Under the pieces are notes generated by a model. It saw only the letters and a list, made by a program, of their open reading frames with translations, made no database searches and had not been told where the DNA came from. The translations under genes and the position numbers were made by a program. A stretch of 40,241 nt of DNA from Candidatus Iainarchaeum sp. (lineage in GTDB: Archaea; Iainarchaeota; Iainarchaeia; Iainarchaeales; GCA-2688035), in NCBI GenBank assembly GCA_016932355.1, contig JAFGDB010000062.1, positions 1-40,241 of the forward strand, read 5' to 3'. Shown here in pieces: positions 33,862 through 40,241 of the stretch; the first letter of the stretch is position 1, and each line of letters begins with the position of its first letter.

Positions 33862-33985
33862 TTAATGGCAGCTTAAATGGATTTCACTGCCCAGCCCAAA
33901 GCCGCAAAAAAAAGGCAGCCTGTTCCGTTTCCACTGGTTGGCTTATATTGAGATTAATGGCAGCTTAAAAAGGGTTTTTCACTGC
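33862..33985. repeat. imperfect direct repeat of about 30 nt (ttaatggcagcttaaa...tttcactgc) in two copies
   Basis: The copies lie at 33862-33890 and 33954-33985, and their first 16 nt are identical. The second copy includes the stop codon of the zinc-ribbon gene. Confidence 0.6.
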
Positions 33986-34716
33986 TTGACCTTTGCGCCG
34001 CATTCAGGGCAGGTTAAAACAATCCTGCCTGCAATCTTTTCAGATTTCTTTGCGCAGGTTTTGCAGAAGGCAGCACCGCAGCCAGGGCAGAAAATTATTT
34101 TTGTGCCTGTTGAGCCGCAGCTCGGGCAGCCAACTGCTTCCTCCTTGCCGCCCCCCAAGCCCTCCAAGCTGAATTCATCAGCAAGGTCTTTTTCAGTGCC
34201 TTTCTTTTCAGGGGATTTGCCCTCTCCGGAGAAAAGGTCTTCAACGCTCAAGTCCTCAATCTCTTCCTTGCCCAGAACGGGTTTTTGAACTTCAGCAGGC
34301 TGGCCTGGCTCTTCAAAACCAGGCTGTCCCCCCTCTTTTAAATCAGGCTTCTTTCCCCTCTGCCTTTTTCCCCTTGGGCCTTTTTCCCTTGGCTTTTTAT
34401 TTTCAGGCCTGCGCTTCTCAAGCCTTTGGAAGATTTTTTCCCTCTCCTCCTTGTCGTGGAGCTGCTGGTAAAGGTTTTCTGCAATCTGGTCATACTCGTC
34501 CTTTCTCGGGTAGCGGTCATGCTCTTCCTTGAATTTCTGGACCTCTTCAAGGGCAAGCTGCTTTGTTATCTCCTCATCTGCAGCATTCTCATCAGGGCTT
34601 TTTGGCATCTGCTGGAAAACGCTTTCAGCAAGGTCGCCTGAAGGTTCATACCCTTGGGAGCCACCCCTATAAAAACGCCTCATTCTCCTTGGAACTCGCT
34701 TGCCCATAGAAAACAC
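33979..34716 (-). CDS. zinc-ribbon protein with a long charged low-complexity N-terminal region
   Basis: The C-terminus reads CPSCGSTGTKIIFCPGCGAAFCKTC...LTCPECGAKV. The remainder is E/K/P-rich. Confidence 0.5.
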   Translation of the reverse strand: MFSMGKRVPRRMRRFYRGGSQGYEPSGDLAESVFQQMPKSPDENAADEEITKQLALEEVQKFKEEHDRYPRKDEYDQIAENLYQQLHDKEEREKIFQRLEKRRPENKKPREKGPRGKRQRGKKPDLKEGGQPGFEEPGQPAEVQKPVLGKEEIEDLSVEDLFSGEGKSPEKKGTEKDLADEFSLEGLGGGKEEAVGCPSCGSTGTKIIFCPGCGAAFCKTCAKKSEKIAGRIVLTCPECGAKVKQ

Positions 34717-34827
34717 TTTCCCTGCAACCGGGTGAATATTAAACGATGTTCTGGTTTTTAATTGTTTGGCAAAAGCCGTGGAAATGGCTGGGGCAATTCA
34801 AAAAAGGGAAAAAGGCTGAAATCTGGC

Positions 34828-35346
34828 TTAGGCGTATTTCAGTATTACCGCGCAGCAAAGCTGGGTTGCCGTTTCTGACTCAATTGGGCACTCGCATACT
34901 CCATCATCGCCACTAAGGTCAATTCCAGACTCCAAATCTTCAACTGTTTGAACAAGGTTGTTTGAGTGGTCGCACACAACCCTTGCCTTAACGCTCAAAT
35001 TTGAAGTGCCGCCGTTTACAATGGAGTTTCCTGCCAAGGAAAGGTTCTGGTTGGTAGCAAAGTCGCCCTTGTGAATGCAGATCTGGTCTGAGGTTAGGCC
35101 ACTGTTGCCAACAAGCGCCTTTGTTGCAAGGCTTGTGCCTGCATTGAAGCTGACAGCAGGGCTTGTGTCCATTGCGCCAAGCAGGTCCTTCTGCTTCTGA
35201 ATCATCTGCTTTGCATAGTTCTGCACATCATTTCCAGGCGGCACTATTAGGCCGATTATTGACATCAGGATGTAGAGCATTGCAACAGCAATTATTGCAG
35301 CAATAAGAAGCTTGAAAACGCTGTAGGCTTGGCCTTTGCTGTCCAT
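34828..35346 (-). CDS. archaeal type IV pilin-like protein, a candidate major pilin
   Basis: MDSKGQAYSVFKLLIAAIIAVAMLYILMSIIGL has K-G-Q plus a hydrophobic helix. It is monocistronic, with paired Cys in the globular part. Confidence 0.6.
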   Translation of the reverse strand: MDSKGQAYSVFKLLIAAIIAVAMLYILMSIIGLIVPPGNDVQNYAKQMIQKQKDLLGAMDTSPAVSFNAGTSLATKALVGNSGLTSDQICIHKGDFATNQNLSLAGNSIVNGGTSNLSVKARVVCDHSNNLVQTVEDLESGIDLSGDDGVCECPIESETATQLCCAVILKYA

Positions 35347-35389
35347 AATTCTCAGAATAAATAGGCCTTTTTAGTATTTAAAGCTTACG

Positions 35390-36871
35390 CTAAAGTTGGG
35401 CCTGCCTTCTTGCCTTTCTCAGGAAAGCAGGCAGTTCAGAAACCTTGACCCTTTCCTGCTCCATTGAATCCCTGCACCTGTATGTAACAGTATTGTCTTC
35501 CTTTGTCTGGTAGTCAATTGTGATTCCGCCGAAAACGCCTGCCTCGTCTGCCCTGCTGTACCTCTTCCCAATGCTTCCCTTCTCATCGTAGAAAACGTCA
35601 AAGTCCTCGTCAATAAGGCCCTCAAAAACCTTTCTCGCAAGCTCTGCAAGGCCGTCCTTCTTCACAAGCGGGTAAATGCCTGCATCATAAGGTGCAACCC
35701 TTGCAGGCAGCTTTAGGTAAATCCTCTCCTCCTTTCCGCGCTTCTCCTTCCTAAAAGAGTTGTCCAGCACAACGTAAAAGGTCCTGTCAATCCCTGCACT
35801 GAGCTCAAACACGTGCGGAATGAATTCTTTTCCATCCTCCTTCACAGACATCTTGTGCCTGCTCTGCCTTTCATGGCCCTTCAGGTCATAGTCTGTCCTG
35901 TAATTGCATGCAATCAGCTCAATCCAGCCAAGGTCTGTTTCAACCTCAAAGTCCCAGGTTTCCCTTGCATAGAACGCCTTCTCATCCTTGCCAAGCTGCC
36001 TGAAGCGCATCCTTGAAACAGGAATGCCGTATGCCTCGTACAGCTGCTGTGTCCTTGCAAGGTAGTATGCAATCAGCTTGCCTGAAACAAGCTTTTTCTT
36101 CACGGCTTCGCTGCAGCTTACCAGGCTCGGCTTTTTGCCCAAAAGCATTAAATTCAGCTTGTAATTCTGCACCTCGGCAAAATTTTCAACATCGTCAATC
36201 TTGTGGGGGTTGAAGAATATTTCAACCTCCATCTGCCCTATTTCACGCTCCCTAAGGAGGGTGTTCCTTGGGGCAATCTCGTTTCTAAAGGAAGAGCCTG
36301 CCTGCGCAATTGCAAGTGGCAGGTTTTCCCTTGAGCTTTTAAACAGCCTTGGGAAATCGCAGAAAATGCTCTGGCAGGTTTCAGGCCTCAGGTAAGCGGC
36401 CTGCTTTCCAGTAGCACCGATGCCAACTCCCATCATCATGTTGAACTTCCTTACCTCATTGAAGTCCTTGCCACCGCACTTTGGGCATTTCACAGCGTGC
36501 TTTTCAATCAGCTTGTCCAATTCAGCTGTTGCAAGGCTTTCAGGGACGATGCCGCCTGCCTTTTCTGCAACCAGGTTGTCCGCTCTATGCAGTGAATTGC
36601 ACTTCCTGCACTGCACTATCGGGTCATTGAAGTTTTCCAAATGCCCTGATGCCCTGAAAACATCCTCCGGCAGGATTTGCGCGCCGAATATTTCAAGCAT
36701 TCCCTCCTTTTCAACAAGCTGCTTTCTCCAAAGGCCAATCACCTTTCTCCTGATGGTTTCACCCAATGGCCCGAAATCAAAGAATCCAGAGGCAGCGCTG
36801 CTGTAAATCTCCGCAGCAGGGTAGAATAATGCCCTTCTCAAGGCCAGATTGACTATTTCCTCTTTCGGCAT
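35390..36871 (-). CDS. glyS: glycine-tRNA ligase, archaeal/eukaryotic alpha2 type
   Basis: 493 aa. It has the N-terminus RRALFYPAAEIYSSAASGFFDFGPLG, FRNEIAPRNTLLREREIGQMEVEIF and an anticodon-binding tail. Confidence 0.9.
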   Translation of the reverse strand: MPKEEIVNLALRRALFYPAAEIYSSAASGFFDFGPLGETIRRKVIGLWRKQLVEKEGMLEIFGAQILPEDVFRASGHLENFNDPIVQCRKCNSLHRADNLVAEKAGGIVPESLATAELDKLIEKHAVKCPKCGGKDFNEVRKFNMMMGVGIGATGKQAAYLRPETCQSIFCDFPRLFKSSRENLPLAIAQAGSSFRNEIAPRNTLLREREIGQMEVEIFFNPHKIDDVENFAEVQNYKLNLMLLGKKPSLVSCSEAVKKKLVSGKLIAYYLARTQQLYEAYGIPVSRMRFRQLGKDEKAFYARETWDFEVETDLGWIELIACNYRTDYDLKGHERQSRHKMSVKEDGKEFIPHVFELSAGIDRTFYVVLDNSFRKEKRGKEERIYLKLPARVAPYDAGIYPLVKKDGLAELARKVFEGLIDEDFDVFYDEKGSIGKRYSRADEAGVFGGITIDYQTKEDNTVTYRCRDSMEQERVKVSELPAFLRKARRQAQL

Positions 36872-36967
36872 GCAGTATCATAAGTTGTTAACTGTTTTAA
36901 TAAATTTCCTATTATGCAAGGGGTTGCAAAAACACTTAAAAAGCATTGACTAATTAATGTTATAGCC

Positions 36968-37771
36968 ATGCAGGACAAAATTCAGCAGCTTAGGAAGCAG
37001 CTCATAAAAAAGGCCAAGAAGCAGGTCCAGGTAAGGTATGCTGAAAGCGATGTGCACATTATAAGGGCTGTTTCATTGCTCCAGGACCTTGACGCAGGCT
37101 TTAACCTGCTTGCAGAGAACTGCATTGAATGGTACTCTGCCCACTTCCCTGAACTGCACAACATTGTAAAGGACAACGAAACATACCTGAAGCTTGTTCA
37201 AGAGCTTGGCGACAGGGCCAATTTCACTGAGAAAAATGCAGCTGAAATAATAAAGGAAAGGGAGAGAAGGAAAAGGGTTTTGGATGCAGCAAAAAAGAGC
37301 ATGGGAAGCGAAATTCAAAAGGACGTGCTTGAAGCAATAAAAATGCTCTCCAAGAATGCCCTGAGCCTGAAAAAGGAGCGCCTGCTTTTGGAAAGCCTTA
37401 TTGGAAAGCAGATGCAGGGCTATGCCCCAAACACTGCAGGGCTTGCAGGCCCAATTCTGGGAGCAAGGCTGATTGCAGCAGCCTCTGGCCTGAAGCAGCT
37501 TGCAATGATGCCTGCCTCAACAATACAGCTTTTGGGTGCAGAAAAGGCATTGTTCAGGCACATAAGGGACAGGAAAATCAAGGGCCCAAAGTACGGCCAC
37601 ATATACGGGCATGCCCTGGTTAAGAAGCAGCCTGCAAAGCACAAGGGCAAGGTTGCAAGAAGCCTTGCAGGAAAGCTTTCAATTGCGGCAAGGGCAGATT
37701 ATTTCCATGGGGAAAACATTTCTGAAAAGCTGAAGCAGGAGCTTGAAGAAAGGGCAAAGCAGCTGGATTAG
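36968..37771 (+). CDS. nop5: Nop5 (Nop56/58) box C/D sRNP protein, short form apparently lacking the N-terminal domain
   Basis: A NOSIC-like segment (IIRAVSLLQDLDAGFNLLAENCIEWYSAHFPEL) begins near residue 30. The Nop domain follows (LLGAEKALFRH, PKYGHIYGH, ARSLAGKLSIAARADYF). The gene lies next to fibrillarin. Confidence 0.8.
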   Translation: MQDKIQQLRKQLIKKAKKQVQVRYAESDVHIIRAVSLLQDLDAGFNLLAENCIEWYSAHFPELHNIVKDNETYLKLVQELGDRANFTEKNAAEIIKERERRKRVLDAAKKSMGSEIQKDVLEAIKMLSKNALSLKKERLLLESLIGKQMQGYAPNTAGLAGPILGARLIAAASGLKQLAMMPASTIQLLGAEKALFRHIRDRKIKGPKYGHIYGHALVKKQPAKHKGKVARSLAGKLSIAARADYFHGENISEKLKQELEERAKQLD

Positions 37772-37779
37772 GTGGTTTT

Positions 37780-38445
37780 TTGGAGGAGATATTTCCAAAC
37801 GTTTTTTCTGAGAGGAAAGAACTGTTTACAAAAAACCTTGTTCCAGGAACCTCTGTTTACGGTGAAAAGCTCCTTGACCATGAGGGAATTGAGCTAAGGC
37901 AGTGGGACCAGTACAGGAGCAAGCTTGCTGCCGCCATAAAGAACGGCCTTTCAGAGCTTCCGATAAAGCCAGGCAGCGTTGTCCTCTACCTTGGGGCAGC
38001 AGAGGGCACAACAATAAGCCATGTTTCAGACATTGTCGGGGGGAAAGGCATAGTTATTGGCGTTGACATAAGCGAACGGGTCATGAGGAAATTCATAATG
38101 GTCTGCGAGCAGAGGAAAAACATTGTGCCAATACTGGCAGACGCAAACAGGCCCTGGACCTACCGTGACTATTTTGCAGGCGGGCAAATTTCAGTCTTGT
38201 ACCAGGATGTCAGCCAGAAAAACCAGGCCCAAATCTTTTTGAAGAACAGCGAGTACTTCCTGAAAAAAGGCGGCTATGGAATGCTTGCAATAAAGGCAAA
38301 GAGCATAAGCCAGGAAAAGCCAGTTAATGACATATTTGAGAGCGAGACAGCAAAGCTTAACGAGCAGTTCAACGTATTGCAGAAAATAAACCTCAAGCCC
38401 TTTGAAAAGGACCATGAAATGGTCTTCTGCCGGAAAAAAGAGTGA
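37780..38445 (+). CDS. flpA: fibrillarin-like rRNA/tRNA 2-prime-O-methyltransferase
   Basis: LYLGAAEGTTISHVSDIVG (SAM motif), VDIS, ILADANRP and LYQDVSQ are fibrillarin motifs. The TTG start is inferred because no in-frame ATG lies near the N-terminus. Confidence 0.85.
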   Translation: MEEIFPNVFSERKELFTKNLVPGTSVYGEKLLDHEGIELRQWDQYRSKLAAAIKNGLSELPIKPGSVVLYLGAAEGTTISHVSDIVGGKGIVIGVDISERVMRKFIMVCEQRKNIVPILADANRPWTYRDYFAGGQISVLYQDVSQKNQAQIFLKNSEYFLKKGGYGMLAIKAKSISQEKPVNDIFESETAKLNEQFNVLQKINLKPFEKDHEMVFCRKKE

Positions 38446-38475
38446 TTGCCCCTGCAAAAAAGGAAGTGTTTCTGA

Positions 38476-39033
38476 TTGAGGAAAGAAGCAAGAAGGCAGT
38501 TCATACACTTCTGCTTTGGCTCATTGTTCATTGCAATTGCAGCACTGCAGGGCATTGAATTCACAAGGGTTTTGCTTGCGGTGGTTTTTGCCATTGGCCT
38601 GCTTGTCTCCTTCCTTATTAAAAGAGGGGCAAAAATTCCAGTGGTAATGCAGGTTGTTGAAAGGGTTGAAAGGGATTATGAAAAACGCCTGCCAGGCAAG
38701 GGAGCGCTCCTCTTTTTCCTTGGCGCGATAATCCTAATGCTGCTGTTCCAGGAAAAAATGGTTGTGCTTGGCGCGCTGTGCGTTGCGGTTTACGGAGATG
38801 CTGCCTCCACGGTTTTCGGAATTGCGTTTGGAAGGCACAGGATTGCAGGCAAGAAAACCATTGAGGGAACAGTGGGGGGGATAGCAGCAAGCTTTGCCTT
38901 CCTCCAGCTGCTTTTTCCATGGGATATTGCGCTTGCAGCTGCAGTCATCGGAATGCTTGCAGAGCTTCTTCCCTTTGACGACAACTTCACAATTCCAATA
39001 GCTGTTGCAGCAGCGCTAACAATTCTATTATAA
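38476..39033 (+). CDS. polyprenol/dolichol kinase-like (CTP-transferase 1 family) membrane protein
   Basis: It is polytopic. YGDAASTVFGIAFGRHRIAGKKTIEGTVGG matches the GD-x-x-A-x-x-x-G-x-x-x-G...K-x-x-EG motif of the dolichol kinase/CdsA superfamily. The exact activity is not resolvable. Confidence 0.55.
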   Translation: MRKEARRQFIHFCFGSLFIAIAALQGIEFTRVLLAVVFAIGLLVSFLIKRGAKIPVVMQVVERVERDYEKRLPGKGALLFFLGAIILMLLFQEKMVVLGALCVAVYGDAASTVFGIAFGRHRIAGKKTIEGTVGGIAASFAFLQLLFPWDIALAAAVIGMLAELLPFDDNFTIPIAVAAALTILL

Positions 39034-39060
39034 ATTTTCCCCCTTCATTTATTCTTATCT

Positions 39061-39133
39061 GGACCCGTAGCCTAGCGGATAGGGCACTTCCCTCCTAAGG
39101 AAGGGGTCGTGGGTTCGATTCCCACCGGGTCCG
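39061..39133 (+). tRNA. tRNA-Arg (anticodon CCU)
   Basis: It folds as a cloverleaf. Stems: acceptor GGACCCG/CGGGTCC, D stem GCCT/GGGC, anticodon stem CTTCC/GGAAG with loop CTCCTAA, T stem GTGGG/CCCAC with loop TTCGATT. No CCA is encoded. Confidence 0.85.
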
Positions 39134-39387
39134 TTAGCCGGCAAATCCCGAGAAGCCTTTTGCTGTTGCAAAAGCCTTGGGAAAATTGCTTTGCGTGCGA
39201 ATTGTGCCATCTTCGCATCTTGGGATGCTCGATGCCACGGCAAGCTCAACAAAACGGCAAATCCTGGTGCGAATGCAAGATTTGGCTTATTCGTCAAAAA
39301 CTTGAATTTTTCAGTACTCAGATGGCGATTGACGAAACCATTTTAAAGCACTTTGGGCAAAAAGTTTTTACCTGAGAGGGGTTTTGA

Positions 39388-40101
39388 TTGGTTGAGAAGC
39401 TTCCTACAACGATTGCAGGGGAAATCTGCCTGAGCAAGGACCCAGGCGGCAGCATGAAGAAGTGGCGCGAGATTTTTGGCATTACCCAGACAGAGCTCGC
39501 TGACTATTTGAATGTTACAAGCAGCACAATTTCAGACTATGAGGGCGGCCGAAGAAAGAGCCCAGGGATTGGCGTGATAAGGAGGCTTGTTGAGGCTTTG
39601 ATTGAGATTGATGAAAAGAGGGGTGGAAAGGTTGTAAAGCAGCTTGAAAAGGATTTTAAGCCGAAGGAGGAGGCCTTTGACCCCCACGAGTTCTTCAGCG
39701 CAATGAAGGGTATTGACTTTGCGAAAAGAATTGATGCAGAGTGCGTTGCAAACCCCTCGCGCTTGAAGGAAACCCAGATTTACGGTTTTACCGTCATTGA
39801 CAGCATGAAGGTAATCCTTGAGGTGCCTGTGCACGAGTACATGCAGCTTTACGGAAAAACACCAGACAGGGCCCTTGTTTTCAGGTTTGTTGAGAATGGA
39901 AGAAGCCCAATGATTGCAGTTAAAATCGGGAGGTTTTCCACCGACATGAAGCCTGCGATTGTAGTATTGCATGGAAAGGTTGATTCAAAGAATGTTGACC
40001 CGCTTGCAATTAAGATTGCCGAAAGCGAAAAAATCCCATTGCTTGTAACGCAGAAAAGCATTGAGGACATTCTTGCAGAATTGAAGAAGTTTGAGAGCTA
40101 G
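39388..40101 (+). CDS. XRE-type HTH domain protein with an uncharacterised C-terminal domain
   Basis: WREIFGITQTELADYLNVTSSTISDYEGGRRKSPG is a typical HTH_3 pattern. The start is uncertain (TTG at 39388 or ATG at 39454). Confidence 0.6.
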   Translation: MVEKLPTTIAGEICLSKDPGGSMKKWREIFGITQTELADYLNVTSSTISDYEGGRRKSPGIGVIRRLVEALIEIDEKRGGKVVKQLEKDFKPKEEAFDPHEFFSAMKGIDFAKRIDAECVANPSRLKETQIYGFTVIDSMKVILEVPVHEYMQLYGKTPDRALVFRFVENGRSPMIAVKIGRFSTDMKPAIVVLHGKVDSKNVDPLAIKIAESEKIPLLVTQKSIEDILAELKKFES

Positions 40102-40241
40102 GGCCTCAGGAAAAAAGCATTAATTGAAAGAAAATTAAGGCTATGTTCTTACAGAAAAAGTAAAGCGCTTTTTCTCCTTTCCCCTTTTGTCAACCCCAAT
40201 TAGCTTGAAGGATGTTTTCACTTCTGCGTTAAACTCTTTCT

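Noticed and set aside
39153-39178. Hairpin aagccttttgc/gcaaaagcctt right after tRNA-Arg as a terminator or att site
   Set aside because: The stem has one mismatch and no following T-run, and the tRNA 3-prime end has no repeat copy within the window. That is not enough to call a function.
39055-39297. 80-aa minus-strand ORF and 88-aa plus-strand ORF (39109..39375) near tRNA-Arg
   Set aside because: Both overlap the tRNA-Arg gene or its flank and have no start context, so they are likely spurious.
1-40241. CRISPR array, rRNA genes or cas-like genes
   Set aside because: I saw no regularly spaced direct repeats of 25-40 nt with unique spacers, and no rRNA-like conserved blocks. The only repeats are the att-like copies and the short duplications reported above.

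Overview
This window looks like an archaeal contig, probably from a small-genome DPANN-like lineage. Evidence: fibrillarin plus Nop5, archaeal-type GlyRS, many class III (prepilin-like) signal peptides, TATA-box/leaderless starts, and SD motifs matching GGAGGTGA. The backbone is housekeeping. It holds a gatC-gatA-MBL-gatB operon in which gatA carries an in-frame TAA, and a bacterial-type AspRS. It also holds a five-gene diaminopimelate/lysine cluster (lysA, dapF, dapL-like, dapB, dapA), GlyRS, nop5-flpA, two tRNAs, a cluster of six pilin-like genes and several secreted or membrane proteins. Two AT-rich accessory segments stand out. The first (about 1750-3286) is a free-standing double-motif LAGLIDADG protein, translationally coupled to a 47-aa micro-ORF. 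The second (22610-31075) is a composite integrated element at tRNA-Thr(CGU), delimited by three same-orientation copies of the tRNA 3-prime end, with a tyrosine integrase. Its cargo has no function I can recognise as a described system. It includes an AN1-zinc-finger/transmembrane/transglutaminase-like protein, and a four-gene operon centred on a 2H-phosphoesterase fused to a metallophosphoesterase. It also includes a PIN nuclease with a large helical insertion paired with an unknown 244-aa protein, a 41-aa micro-ORF coupled to the integrase, and a wHTH/RelE-like pair. The phosphoesterase operon and the PIN pair are my best candidates for an undescribed RNA-targeting or RNA-repair conflict system, but that reading is inference from motifs only. 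All protein calls come from motif recognition by eye; no searches were run.
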